Positions 29,278 to 40,300 of a stretch of 64,000 nucleotides of DNA are shown here, piece after piece (position 1 is the first letter of the stretch; every line of letters begins with the position of its first letter). A model generated the notes under the pieces. The model searched no databases. It was not told the origin of the DNA and was given only the letters and a program-made list of their open reading frames with translations. The position numbers were made by a program, and so were the translations under genes. This stretch comes from Spirochaetia bacterium (GTDB lineage Bacteria > Spirochaetota > Spirochaetia > SZUA-6 > Bin103): positions 672,001 to 736,000 of the forward strand of contig CBDBOV010000006.1 in the NCBI GenBank assembly GCA_965208575.1, in the 5' to 3' direction.

Positions 29278-30576
29278 ATGGCCACTGAGACGATCCTGAA
29301 CATGGAGGGGGCGCGCATCAAGTTCGGCGCCGGCGCCACCCGCGAGCTGGGCTTCGAATTGCGCGCCCTCGGCGTGCGGCGCGCGTTCCTGGTGACCGAC
29401 CCGGTGATGGCGGCCCTGGAGCCGGTGGCGGTGGCACGCGAGTCGCTGCGCGCCGCCGCCATCGACACGGTGCTGTTCGCCGATACGCGGGTGGAGCCGA
29501 GCGACGCCTCGTTTCGGGACGCGATCCGCGCCGCCCGCGAGGCCGGCTGCGACGGTTTCGCCGCGGTGGGCGGCGGCTCGGCCATCGACACCGCCAAGGC
29601 GGCCAACCTGTACACCACCTATCCGGCCGACCTGTTCACCTACGTCAACCACCCGATCGGCCGCGGCGAACCGGTGCCGGGCCCGCTGAAGCCGCTGGTG
29701 GCGGTGCCCACCACCGCCGGCACCGGCAGCGAGACCACCGGCGTGGCGATCTTCGACTACCTGGAGATGGGCGCCAAGACCGGCATCGCGCACCGCGCGC
29801 TGCGGCCCACCCTCGGCATCGTCGATCCCGACAACACCCGCACCCTGCCGCCGGTGGTGGCCGCGAGCACCGGTCTGGACGTGCTGTGCCACGCCGCCGA
29901 GTCGTTCACGGCGATGCCGTACACCGCGCGCGAGGCGCCGGCCGACCCGGCGCTGCGCCCTGCCTACCAGGGCGCCAACCCGATCAGCGACCTGTGGGCC
30001 GAACGCGCCATCGAGCTGGTAGCCGGCAACCTGGTGCGCGCCATGCGCGACGCGGACGACACCGAGGCGCGCACCGCCATGCTGCTCGCCGCCACGTTCG
30101 CCGGCTACGGCTTCGGCAACGCCGGCGTGCACCTGCCGCACGGCATGTCCTACCCGGTGTCCAGCATGGTGGCCGCCCACCAGACCGCCGGTGCCGGCTA
30201 CCAGCCGGCCGGCTACCCCGACGACCACCCGATGTGCCCGCACGGCATGTCGGTCATCCTCAACGCCCCCGCGGTGTTCCGGTTTACCGCCGAGGCCGAT
30301 CCGCGGCGCCACCTGCGAGCCGCGCAGTTGATGGGCGCAGACGTGCGGGGGGCCGACTCCGGCGATGCCGGGCCGGTCCTCGCGAGCGCCGTCATCGACC
30401 TGATGCGCGCCGTCGACATGCCGGCCGGCTTGGCCGCCGTCGGGTTTACGGAACAGGACATCCCGGCGCTGGTGGCGGGCACCCTGCCGCAGCACCGGGT
30501 CACCAAGCTGTCGCCCCGCCCCGCCTCCGAGGCCGACCTTGCCGCCCTGTTCGCCGACGCCCTGAGCTACTGGTAG
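29278..30576 (+). CDS. iron-containing alcohol dehydrogenase family, hydroxyacid-oxoacid transhydrogenase-like
   Basis: GGGSAIDTAK, PTTAGTGSETT, DVLCHAAES, RPAYQGANPISD, HLPHGMSYP, PHGMSV. Confidence 0.88.
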   Translation: MATETILNMEGARIKFGAGATRELGFELRALGVRRAFLVTDPVMAALEPVAVARESLRAAAIDTVLFADTRVEPSDASFRDAIRAAREAGCDGFAAVGGGSAIDTAKAANLYTTYPADLFTYVNHPIGRGEPVPGPLKPLVAVPTTAGTGSETTGVAIFDYLEMGAKTGIAHRALRPTLGIVDPDNTRTLPPVVAASTGLDVLCHAAESFTAMPYTAREAPADPALRPAYQGANPISDLWAERAIELVAGNLVRAMRDADDTEARTAMLLAATFAGYGFGNAGVHLPHGMSYPVSSMVAAHQTAGAGYQPAGYPDDHPMCPHGMSVILNAPAVFRFTAEADPRRHLRAAQLMGADVRGADSGDAGPVLASAVIDLMRAVDMPAGLAAVGFTEQDIPALVAGTLPQHRVTKLSPRPASEADLAALFADALSYW

Positions 30577-30615
30577 CACGGCCCGGCGGTCACGGCCCGG
30601 CGGCACGGCCCGGCG
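30577..30615 (+). repeat. short tandem repeat, 3 x CACGGCCCGGCG(G)
   Basis: Units at 30577, 30591, 30604, directly after the stop codon. Confidence 0.8.
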
Positions 30616-30787
30616 CGGCGGCGTGTTTACCGAGAATTGATGGCTGCCCCGGCGGTGCGGCCGCTGCCTCCCGGTATATTGACCGGGGGCAAATACAAAC
30701 CGAGGAAGCTCGCCCCGAGCCGCTGCAACCGCCCCTCTTCCCGGAGTCCAGCGGCAGCCATGCAGCGAAGCTTTCCTGGAGGGACTC

Positions 30788-31852
30788 ATGAACATGCGCA
30801 TCGCCGCAACCGCCACCATCTGTCTGCTGGCACTCTCGATGGCCGCCATCGCTCAGGACACGGCCGAGTCGGGGCTGACGATCGCCGCGACTCTGGCCGC
30901 GGCAGAGAGGGCCAATCCCAACCTGGCATCGCTCGCGCTGCAGCGGGAAAACGCGCGCGTCGCATTCGACCGCGCCACGGCATCCTCGGATGCCCGGCTC
31001 GATCAGATGATGGCCACGCTGCAGTGGGAGCGCGCGCAGCTCTCCGCCGGTCAGGGCACCACCCGCGAGCTGCTGGCCGTTGCGCAGGGCTACGTGAGCC
31101 TGCAACAGGCGAACGAGCAGACCAGCCTGCTGGAAGAGCGCCTGCGCCTCGCCACGCTCGACCTGCAGTTGACCGATGCGCGCGTGCGGGTAGGTGCCGC
31201 CGGCAAGACCGAGCAGTTGCAGGCCCAGGTGGCGGCGCTCAGCGCCGAGCTGAACCTGGCGGCGGCACGCCACCAGCGGCGTTTCAACACCCTGCCGGAC
31301 CTGGTCGACATGACCGGCATCGACGCCGCGGTCCTCGATGCGGCGGCGCTCACCTCGCAGCCGCCCGAGCTGCCGGACCTGGGTGCGTCCGACACCTACG
31401 CGGCCGCCACCGCCCGGCGCGCCGAGCACCGGCACGCCGCGCGGCAACTGGAGATCGACGAGATCAACCTGAAGCTGCTGTCCGAGGAGGAAACCTCGCG
31501 CCTCGACCTGGAGGCGGCCACCAACACCGTGGCGGGCAGCGAGGCGGCGCTGGAAGAGACCGCCGTCAACCTGCAGACCGCGACCGCCAGCGCCTACGCG
31601 ACCGCTCAGCAGGCGTTCGACACGGTGACGCTGCGCGAGTTGCAGCTTGCGCTGCAGCAGGAACGGACGCGCCGTGCCGCCGAACAGTTCGAAGCCGGAG
31701 TGATTACCGAGTCCGACCTGGCCAGCTCACGCGCGGACCAGGTTGCCGCCGTCGACGCCGTGCGCGCGGCGCGCTGGTCGGCCTGGTTTGCCTGGCTGCG
31801 GCTCCAGGATGCCGCCGGCATCGACCTGCCGCCGATCCCGGGGGTGCAGTGA
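30788..31852 (+). CDS. short TolC-like protein (354 aa), apparently lacking beta-barrel strands
   Basis: Signal peptide; two OEP-like helical repeats (NPNL...VAQGYVSL...RVRVGAA; SAY...QFEAGVITESDL). Confidence 0.72.
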   Translation: MNMRIAATATICLLALSMAAIAQDTAESGLTIAATLAAAERANPNLASLALQRENARVAFDRATASSDARLDQMMATLQWERAQLSAGQGTTRELLAVAQGYVSLQQANEQTSLLEERLRLATLDLQLTDARVRVGAAGKTEQLQAQVAALSAELNLAAARHQRRFNTLPDLVDMTGIDAAVLDAAALTSQPPELPDLGASDTYAAATARRAEHRHAARQLEIDEINLKLLSEEETSRLDLEAATNTVAGSEAALEETAVNLQTATASAYATAQQAFDTVTLRELQLALQQERTRRAAEQFEAGVITESDLASSRADQVAAVDAVRAARWSAWFAWLRLQDAAGIDLPPIPGVQ

Positions 31853-33288
31853 GCCGCACGCCCTGGTACGCGGCGCTGATCGCGTTGGCCGCGGCGTTGC
31901 CGGCGGTCGCGCAGGAAGCGCTGCCCATCGGCGACGCGGTCGACGCGGCTCTCGCGGGCCATTCCTCCGTGCTGGACGCGGAAGCGGCCGCGCGTTCAGC
32001 CGCCCTGGCGCTGCGAGTGGCCGAGATCGACCAGGGCGGTCTGGCCATTTCCGTGCGCGCCACGCCGGCCGCGAGCGTCGATCTCGCGCCGCTGGAGACC
32101 GGCACCTTCGCCGACGTAGGCGACACGTTCGATCTGGACGCCGCCGCGACGGTCAGTGCCTCCCTCGCGCTGCCGTGGGGTATGGAGATCGCCGGCAGCT
32201 ATACCGGCGAGGTCGACCTCGACCGATCGGGGCGCGACAACGAGGACCTGATCGACGTGCACAGCGTGTCGGTGGTGCAGGACCTGCTGCCCGAGGCACG
32301 ACTGTCGGAGGAGGCCCTGGCGCTGCATGATCGCCGCGACCAACTGCGGCTCGCCCGGCTGCGCCTGCAGCGGGTACGCAACGAAGTGGCCCTGCAGGTA
32401 GCGCGCGCGTTCCTGACGCTTACCGAGCGGACGCAAGCATTGGCGCTGCTGGAGGAGCGCCTGGCGTTCGCCGAGCGGGATCTGGCCCGGACCACGCTTC
32501 GCGTTGCCCAAGGGGCGGCCGATCGGCTGGCGCTGCTGGACGCCACGATTGCCGTTACCGAGCAACGCAATGGCATCGATGAGCAGCGCGCCGCGCTCGC
32601 CCTCGACACTGCCGAGTTCTTTGCCGACCTCGGTTTGGCGCCAGCGCCGTTGGCCGTGCCCGCCGCCGATCCCGCCGCGCTGCGCCGGAGCGCGCGTACC
32701 CTGTTGACCGAGCCCACGCCGTCCGCCGCCATCGCCGGTGCCCTCGACGTGCTGGCAGCGGAGGCCGCGCTGAGCGGCGCCGAACTGCAGGCCGAGCGTA
32801 CGCTGCGCGGCGCGCTGCCGGCGGTTTCGCTCGGTCTCGATTACCGCAAGGCGCGCGGCGCGTCGCGCCCCGGGTCGGTAAGCCTGTCGATCACCGGCAG
32901 CTACACGCTGTTCGACAGCGGACGCAATGCAGCCGCGTCCGCGCAGGCGCGGGAGCGGGTGGAGACGTTGCGGCGCGCGCTGGCCACCGCGCGCCGCACC
33001 CTTGAGGAGCGGTTCGCGCGGGCCCGTCTGACGCTGGCGAGCGCCGTGGCGGATGAGGAGTTGGCCGCGCTGCGGCTGCAGCGGGCCAACCTGCGGATGG
33101 ATCAGGCAACGCGGCGCCACGTGGCCGGGGCGATCAGCGACCGGGAACTCCAGGAGACTGCGCTGCAGTTGCGTGAGGCTGAGGGCGTTGCGCGCGCCGC
33201 GATGCTCACCCTCGGCGACGCCTACCTGTCGCTGGCCATCGACCTGGGGCGGGACGTGCAACGAGAGTTGGCGGCCATCGCCCGCTGA
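31849..33288 (+). CDS. TolC-family outer membrane efflux protein
   Basis: Signal peptide; OEP repeats with amphipathic beta segments (LPAVSLGLDY, SLSITGSYTLFDSG); GTGA overlap. Confidence 0.8.
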   Translation: MSRTPWYAALIALAAALPAVAQEALPIGDAVDAALAGHSSVLDAEAAARSAALALRVAEIDQGGLAISVRATPAASVDLAPLETGTFADVGDTFDLDAAATVSASLALPWGMEIAGSYTGEVDLDRSGRDNEDLIDVHSVSVVQDLLPEARLSEEALALHDRRDQLRLARLRLQRVRNEVALQVARAFLTLTERTQALALLEERLAFAERDLARTTLRVAQGAADRLALLDATIAVTEQRNGIDEQRAALALDTAEFFADLGLAPAPLAVPAADPAALRRSARTLLTEPTPSAAIAGALDVLAAEAALSGAELQAERTLRGALPAVSLGLDYRKARGASRPGSVSLSITGSYTLFDSGRNAAASAQARERVETLRRALATARRTLEERFARARLTLASAVADEELAALRLQRANLRMDQATRRHVAGAISDRELQETALQLREAEGVARAAMLTLGDAYLSLAIDLGRDVQRELAAIAR

Positions 33289-33323
33289 CCCGCCGCTTCA
33301 TCGCCAACCAGGCACCGTTACCG

Positions 33324-34688
33324 TTACCCTGACCGCCCGGTCGGAATCACGATTCTAAAGCACGCTCCACCGTCAGCGACCGCGCCGGCGCTGATCCGCC
33401 AGCCGTGCGCTTCGACTATCGAACGGGCCACGGCCAGCCCCAGCCCGCTGCCCGATTCCGGTTGCCCCGGGTCGCCCCGGAAAAACGGATCGAACACGTG
33501 CTGCAACTGGTCGGCCGGAATACCGGGACCGGAGTCTTCGACGGCGACCTCCACCTCGCCGTTGCGCTGCAGCGCGGCAAACCGGATGCGGTCGCCACCG
33601 TTCGTGTAGTGCAGTGCGTTCTCCATCAGGTTGTCGGTTACCCGCGAGAACAAGCTCCAGTCCGCGTCCACGACGAGATTGTCCGGCAGATCGAGAGCGG
33701 CATGGAACCTGCGCCCGAGGAGAACCGCGTCCTCCCGGTAGTCGCCGGCCAGTTCGTCGAGTACCGTCTTCAGGCTGCGCGGATCGCGCTGCATGCGCCA
33801 CTCGCCGGTCTCCATGCGCAGCAGCTCGTTCAGGTCCGCGATGCGGGTTTCCAGCAGATCAGCCCGGTCGCGGGCGATGCGCAGGTAGCGCTGCTCGGCG
33901 CCGCGGTCACGGGCAATGCCGTCCTGCAGCGCCTCGAGGTAGCCCTTGATGCTGGTCAACGGGGTGCGCAGATCGTGCGACACGGCCATCAGGAAGCTGC
34001 GCTTGCGTTCGCGCTCGGCATGCAGCTTGCGCCGTTCCTCGATCAGCGACCGGCGCATCCGATCGAAGGAGCGCGCCACGGCGGCCACCTCGTCGCGGCC
34101 CTCGGTGCGCAGCCGGAAGTCCAGGTCGCCGGCGGCGATGCGGCGCGAGGCGCGCTGCAGATCGGCGAGCGAACGGCGCAGCACGTGCGCCAGCCACCAC
34201 ACCATCAGCACGCCGATCACGATCAGCGTGGCCAGACCGTAGCGGCCGCTGTCCAGCAGCCAGCGCCAGCGAAGCCACCACGGGCTCGGCCAACTGCGCA
34301 CCTCGAACGCCGCCCCCACCAGGACGCCATCGGCGAAGATCGGGAACTCCAGGATCAGGTGGCGCGGCGGCGGGAACCGCGCGCTCAACGTGGCGCGGTC
34401 GACGCGCACACCGGGTGCTATCCCCTCTATCGACGAAACCCGCGCGACGCTGACGGCATCGACCACCACGGCGTGGTGGCCGGGCGGCGGATCGAGGCTG
34501 GAGGCCATCTCCCAGTTCGGGGCGACCTCCGCCGCCAGCCAGGAGTGTACCGCGAGAAACGCCGCGACGTGCGCCTTCTCGCGATCGCTGAGGGAACGCG
34601 AGTCGATGTAGGTCAGCAGCCCCACCACCCCGACCGGTACGGCCACCACCGAGACGACCAGCAAGGCGAGCCGGGTCCTGATGGTCAC
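33324..34688 (-). CDS. HAMP-domain sensor histidine kinase
   Basis: Two TM, HAMP, H-box SHDLRTPLT, N-box NLMENAL, DSGPGI, GSGLGL; GTGA overlap with regulator. Confidence 0.93.
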   Translation of the reverse strand: MTIRTRLALLVVSVVAVPVGVVGLLTYIDSRSLSDREKAHVAAFLAVHSWLAAEVAPNWEMASSLDPPPGHHAVVVDAVSVARVSSIEGIAPGVRVDRATLSARFPPPRHLILEFPIFADGVLVGAAFEVRSWPSPWWLRWRWLLDSGRYGLATLIVIGVLMVWWLAHVLRRSLADLQRASRRIAAGDLDFRLRTEGRDEVAAVARSFDRMRRSLIEERRKLHAERERKRSFLMAVSHDLRTPLTSIKGYLEALQDGIARDRGAEQRYLRIARDRADLLETRIADLNELLRMETGEWRMQRDPRSLKTVLDELAGDYREDAVLLGRRFHAALDLPDNLVVDADWSLFSRVTDNLMENALHYTNGGDRIRFAALQRNGEVEVAVEDSGPGIPADQLQHVFDPFFRGDPGQPESGSGLGLAVARSIVEAHGWRISAGAVADGGACFRIVIPTGRSG

Positions 34689-35407
34689 GGCTCGAAACTC
34701 ACCTCGTCGGCACGCACCCGATAGCCGACGCGCGGCACGGTCTCGATCAGCGGAGCCGCGCCCGGACGGTGCAGCTTCTTGCGCAGCCGCTGCACGTGCA
34801 CGGTAACCGTGGAGCGGTCGCCGTAGCGGTTGCCCCACACGCCCGCGTACAGCTCCTCCGGGGTAAGGGCACGCCCGGCATTGCTGAGCAGGTGGCTGAG
34901 CAGGTCGAACTCCTTCGGCGCCAGGGTGATCCGGTTGCCGTCGCGGGTTACCGCGTAGTCGTCCAGGTGGACGACGTAATCGGCCAGCCGCACGGTGCGC
35001 AGCGAAGGCGCCGGCCCGCGGTGCAGGTAGCGGAGGTTGGTGCGCACCCGCGCCAGCAGCACGCGCGGAGAGAACGGCTTGGTAACGAAGTCGTCCGCCC
35101 CGACGCCCAGCCCCAACACCTTGTCCTCATCGGCGTCGCGCGCCGACACAATGATCACCGGCGTGGAGTGGCGGCTGCGAAACCAGGTCAGGAACTGAAA
35201 TCCATTGCGCCCCGGCAGGTTTATGTCGAGGATCAGCAGGTGGAACACTGCCCGGCGCAACGCCGCTTCGGCCTCCTCCGCCGACGTCGCGAACGTGGGC
35301 TCCAGGCGCTCGCTTTCCAGGTAGAGCCCGATCAGTTCGGCGATCGCGGCATCGTCCTTCACCACCAGGATGCGGGCGGCAAGCCGCGGGTCAGTTGCCG
35401 AATCCAC
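34685..35407 (-). CDS. OmpR/PhoB-family response regulator
   Basis: LILDINLPG, GADDFVTKPF, wHTH VTVHVQRLRKKL...IETVPRVGY; start GTG 35407 is tentative. Confidence 0.9.
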   Translation of the reverse strand: MDSATDPRLAARILVVKDDAAIAELIGLYLESERLEPTFATSAEEAEAALRRAVFHLLILDINLPGRNGFQFLTWFRSRHSTPVIIVSARDADEDKVLGLGVGADDFVTKPFSPRVLLARVRTNLRYLHRGPAPSLRTVRLADYVVHLDDYAVTRDGNRITLAPKEFDLLSHLLSNAGRALTPEELYAGVWGNRYGDRSTVTVHVQRLRKKLHRPGAAPLIETVPRVGYRVRADEVSFEP

Positions 35408-37292
35408 CGCCACCGCCGCCGCCACCACCGCCGAACAGTGCCCGGAAGCCGCCGATCGCCTGGAGCTGCTCCTGCAGGAACTCGAGGCGCCGTGCTTCAT
35501 CGTCCGCCAGCGATGGATCTTCCTTCAGCTTCGCGTCGTACGCCTTCTTGACCTCGGCGTTCTGCAGCAGCCGCTGGACGACCCGCTCGCGGCGATCCTC
35601 CGGCAGTTGCGCCAGAGTCGGCGGGCCGCCGCCGGGGCCGCCGCCGGCCGCCCCGCGCTGTCCGCCGCCCGCCGCCGCACCGGTACCGGGCGCCGCCGGC
35701 TCGGTGGCCGCCGCGGTCTGGCCCTCGCCGGCGGGCGCGGTCTGTTGGCCCGCACCGTCGGCAGACGGTTGCCCTGCATCGTCCGCGGCCGGTTGCCCGG
35801 CACCGTCGGCAGACGGTTGCACGGCACCCGACTGACCGCCGCCGCCCGCGGCGCCCTGCCGGGTTCCAGCGCGAGCGCCTCCCGCACCGGCGCCCGCACC
35901 ACCCTGGCCGCCGCCGAATATCGCCCGCAATCCACCCATCGCGGCGATCTGCTCCTGCAAGAATGCCAGTTTCTTGTCGTCGTCCCGCTCCAGTGCCGGG
36001 TCCTCTTCCAGCTTCGCGTCATACGCCTTCTTGAACTCCGCATTCTGGAGCATCCGCTCGAACAGTGCCTCGCGCCGCTCGGCCGGCAGTTGCGACAGGT
36101 CGAACCCGCCGCCGCCGCCCGAGCCGCCTGCCGCGGCGCCGGCGGAGGCCGTTTCCGGCAGCGGCTCGCCGGCTGCCCGCACGGCGGCGCCGTCGCGCAG
36201 CGACTCCTGCCCCACCGTCACCACGACGTCGCCGGCGGACAGGCCGGTGGTGATCTCCACCAGGTCGTGCGCCGACAGCCCGACGACCACCGGCGTGCGC
36301 ACCGCGGTGCCCTCCTGCACGCGATAGACGATGTTCTGGTCGCGCTCCAGCAGGATTGCGCGCTTCGGCACCACCAGCGCGTTGGGCCGCGTCTCGGTCG
36401 GCACCTGTACGGTCACGAACGTGCCCGGAAGCAGTGCGCCGGACGTCCCGGAGCCGTCCAGTTCCACGGTGACCTTCACCGTGCCCGACTCCGCGTCGAC
36501 CACGGGACTGATTCGGGTAATCGATCCGGATGCGGCAACGCCCCCGGCGGCCTGAATCTCCACGCCCTGCCCCAAGCCAAGGTTGTGCCGCCCCGACTCC
36601 GGAATGTGGATCACCGCCCGCAGCGGATCGGGGTCGATCACGTGAAACAAGCGGCTGTTGGCGGAGATGGTAGCCCCTTCCTCGACCGTGCGCTCGCCCA
36701 CGATCCCGGCCAGCGGCGAGCGCACCTCGGTGTCGTCGAGTTGCCGGCGGGCGCGGTCCAGGGCGATGGTGCGCAGCTCGATCTGGTAGCGCTGGCTCTC
36801 CAGCTCCTGGTCGGTCGCCCCGCCATGCTTGGCCAACTCGGTGGTGCGCGCGTGCTCGCGCCGGATGTTCTCGTAGTGGGCCTCCGCTTCCGCCAGCGCG
36901 AGGCGGGCGTCATCCTGATCGAGCCGCGCCAGGAGCTGGCCCTCGCGCACCGCGTCGCCCTCCTGCACCAGGACGCTCACCACCGCGCCGCCGGCGCGCG
37001 CCACCACGTCGATGGCGCGTTCCGGGGTAAGGGTGGTGGTGGCCACCAGAAAGCTGGACACCGTTTCCCGCCCTACCTCGGCGGTCACCACCGGAAGCGC
37101 GGCGCTGTCGCCGCCGAAGCCGCCGCCGAAGCCGCCGGCGGCGGCGAAGGCCGCCGCCCGGTTGTCCTGCCGGCCGCCGAGACGGCCCGCGATATCGTTC
37201 ACCACGTCGCAGCCGGCCAGCACCGTTGCCAGGGCCAGCACCCCGGCCAGCGCCACTGCGATCCTCGTTCTTCGCCGCCGGTCGTGAATCAC
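35391..37292 (-). CDS. RND periplasmic adaptor (MFP) lipoprotein with long C-terminal extension
   Basis: AGGAGG RBS, lipobox LAGC, lipoyl motifs (VQEGDAVREGQLLARLD, VRSPLAG), ISPVVD, GLSAGDVVV. Confidence 0.9.
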   Translation of the reverse strand: MIHDRRRRTRIAVALAGVLALATVLAGCDVVNDIAGRLGGRQDNRAAAFAAAGGFGGGFGGDSAALPVVTAEVGRETVSSFLVATTTLTPERAIDVVARAGGAVVSVLVQEGDAVREGQLLARLDQDDARLALAEAEAHYENIRREHARTTELAKHGGATDQELESQRYQIELRTIALDRARRQLDDTEVRSPLAGIVGERTVEEGATISANSRLFHVIDPDPLRAVIHIPESGRHNLGLGQGVEIQAAGGVAASGSITRISPVVDAESGTVKVTVELDGSGTSGALLPGTFVTVQVPTETRPNALVVPKRAILLERDQNIVYRVQEGTAVRTPVVVGLSAHDLVEITTGLSAGDVVVTVGQESLRDGAAVRAAGEPLPETASAGAAAGGSGGGGGFDLSQLPAERREALFERMLQNAEFKKAYDAKLEEDPALERDDDKKLAFLQEQIAAMGGLRAIFGGGQGGAGAGAGGARAGTRQGAAGGGGQSGAVQPSADGAGQPAADDAGQPSADGAGQQTAPAGEGQTAAATEPAAPGTGAAAGGGQRGAAGGGPGGGPPTLAQLPEDRRERVVQRLLQNAEVKKAYDAKLKEDPSLADDEARRLEFLQEQLQAIGGFRALFGGGGGGGGGGFGN

Positions 37293-37377
37293 CAGCCCCC
37301 TCCTGCAATCTCGTTCCGCGCCGTGGCCGGTGCGCACCGTGTCCCGCCGCCGAACCGGTCGCCGTGCCGCCCCACCC

Positions 37378-40300
37378 TCACTGCTCCGCACCCGGCTCGG
37401 GCGCATGCGGCTGACCGGCGCGCGCGGGACGCATGGCCCACGCCACCCGCTTCAGGAACTCGGCCATGTCATCGAACAACGCGTAGATGGTCGGCATCAC
37501 CACCAGCGTCATGAAGGTGGAGGTGGTAAGGCCGCCGACCACGGCCAGGGCGATCGGCCCCCAGGTGCCGGCGCGGCCCTCCACCGGGCCGAACACCCCC
37601 GGCGCCACCAGCGGCGCCACCAGCGGGAACAGCCCGAGCAGGGTCGTGCACGCGGTAATGAGAATCGGCCGCAGCCGGTCGCGCCCACCGGTGAGGATCG
37701 CTTCCGTGCGCGCCATGCCACCGGCGCGCAGCCGGTTGATGTGATCCACCAGGATGATGCCGTTGTTCACCACCACCCCGGCCAGCACCATGATGCCGAG
37801 CCAGGAGTTGGTGTTGAGCGTGGTACCGGTGAGGGAGAACAGCACCGTGACCCCGAGCAGCGAGAACGGCAGCGAGGTGAGGATGGTGATCGGGTGCACG
37901 AACGACTCGAACAGCGCCGCCATCACCAGGTAGATGAACCCGGCGGCCAGCAGCAGGGCAAACAGCGACGCCTGCTCCGACTGCTGAAAGCGGCGGAAGT
38001 TCTGCCCTACCTCGGCGCTGTAGCCGGGCGGGAGTTGCTGCTGCGCGAGCATGCCCCGGATCTGGCCGCTCAGGCGGAACATGCCGCGCAGGTCGGTATT
38101 GGCGGTCACCGACACGATCTCGCTGCCGCCGTCGCGCTGAATGGTGCGCGGCCCCGGCTGCCGTTCGAAGGTGGCCACCGAACCGAGCGGTACGGCGTCC
38201 GCGCCCGGCTCCACCGGGAGCTGCGCCAGCCCGCTCAGGTCGACACGCGCCGCCTCGGTTACCCGTACCCGGATCGGCAGTTCGTCGTCGCCGGCGGCCA
38301 GGGTGCCCGCGCTGCTGTCGCCCAGGTTGGCGCTGAGCAGATCGCCCACCGCGGTGGGCGTGAGATCGGCGGCCGTCGCGCGGTCGCGGTTGACCCGCAC
38401 CTGGAGCTGCTCGTCGCCCGACTCAAGGTTGGTGCTGACGTCGTCGACGCCGGGGAGCGCTCCCAGGCGCGCGCCGATATCCTCCGCGAACAGCGCCAAT
38501 ACCTCGGTGTTGGGGCCGGTGATGTCCACCGAAACGCCCAGGGCGCCGCCGCCGCCGCGGCCCCAGCGCCTGCCCACGGAGAAGCTGTAGCCGGGAAGCT
38601 GCGGCAGCATGGCGCGGATCTCATTGGTAAGATCGGCGGTGGAGCGCTGCGTGGAGGCGTCGTCGCGGAAGTACACGGTCACGTTGCCGCTGCGGGTGGA
38701 GAAGTTGGCCGCCACCGCGTCGATTTCCAGCTCCTCGGTGCGTGCCAGCAGGTCGCGCTCGAAGGCGTCGAACACGGCCTGCGTCTCGTCGAAGGTTACG
38801 CCGTTCTCGGCCGTCACCGCAATCGACATGCGCCGCGCCGGCGTGCGCGGCGTAAACTCGCGCTCGATCGTGGTCAACAGGTAGACGCCGCCGGCGAGCA
38901 CGGCCAGCATGCACGCCAGGGTGATGAGCCGGTGGCGCAGGGTCCAGCGCAGCACCGCCCGGTAGGCTGCCCCAAGCCCGTCCATGACGCGATGGCGGCG
39001 CCCGCCGGACGCCACCAGGAAGCGTGAACTGACCACCGGAATCAGGCTGAGCGATATCACCAGGGAGGCGATCATCGCGGCCACCAGGGTGGTGGCGAAG
39101 TCGCCCATGAAGCGCCCGAACGGGGTGGCGGCGGTGAACAGCACCGGCACGAACACGATGATCGAGGTGAGGGTGGCCGCGAACACCGGAGTGGTCACCT
39201 CCCCGGCGCCGCGGATGGCAGCCGCGCGCGGCGCCAGTCCCCGCTCCCGGTACCGGTAGATGTTCTCCAGCACCACCACGCTGTTGTCCACCAGCATCCC
39301 GACCGCCAGCATCAGGCCGCTCAGCGAGATCACGTTGAGCGTGAAATTGAGTCCGCCGACGCGCCGCATCAGGTACACGACCGCAAACGTCGCAATGATG
39401 GAGACCGGAATGGCGATCGCCACGACCAGTGTCGCGCGGACCCGCAGCAGGAAGGCAAACAGCACCAGCACCGCGAGACCGGCGCCGATCAGCCCCGAGT
39501 TGCGCAGACTGTTGAGGCTGGTGGTAATCTCTTTCGACTGATCGAAGAACACGAAGGTGGACAGGCTCGGCGCCGCCGCTTCGATGGCCGCCAACTGGGC
39601 GCGCGCGTCCCGTACCACGCTCACCACGTTGGCGTCGGAACTCTTGGACACTCGTACCGTGATCGCCTCCGCCATGTTGAGGCGCTGCACGTTGTCCTGG
39701 TCGCCGACGCCGCGGCGCACCACCCCGACGTCGCCGATCCTGATGCCGCCGCTTCCGGCGATCGGTTGCGCCGCGATCTCCTCCAGGTCGGTGAACGACC
39801 CTACCGACCGTACGAAGTAACGGCGTCCGCCGTCGATCAGGTAGCCGCCGGCCAGGTCCACGTTGTTGGCGCGCAGGCTGCGCGTCAGGACGTCCACGTC
39901 CACCCCGAGCGCCGCCATCGCCTCCGGATCGAGGTCGATCGTCACCTGCTCGTTCTGCAGGCCGCGGGCCTCCACGTCGGCCACACCGTCGATGCGCAGC
40001 AGTCTCGGCACCACCAGGTCTTCGGTAAGCCGCTCGAGCTCCGCGCGGCTGCCCTCGGTGGCCACGCTGAGTTGCAGAATCGGAATGTCGGTGGTGGAGA
40101 AGTTGGACACGCGAATACGGCCTACGCCGCCGGGCAACTCGCCGCGGATGCGGTCGATGCGGTCGCGAATCTCCGCCGCGGCCAGGTCCATGTCGGTGCC
40201 GATGACGAACTGCGCGCGAATGCGCGCCGAGTTCGCCGAGGAGGTGGAACTGACCGACTCGACGCCGCTCATGCCGCCGACCGCGCCTTCAATGGGCGAT

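Noticed and set aside
30637-31848. 883-aa single TolC fusion ORF
   Set aside because: The first 404 codons overlap the real 354-aa gene in another frame; the signal peptide starts at GTG 31849.
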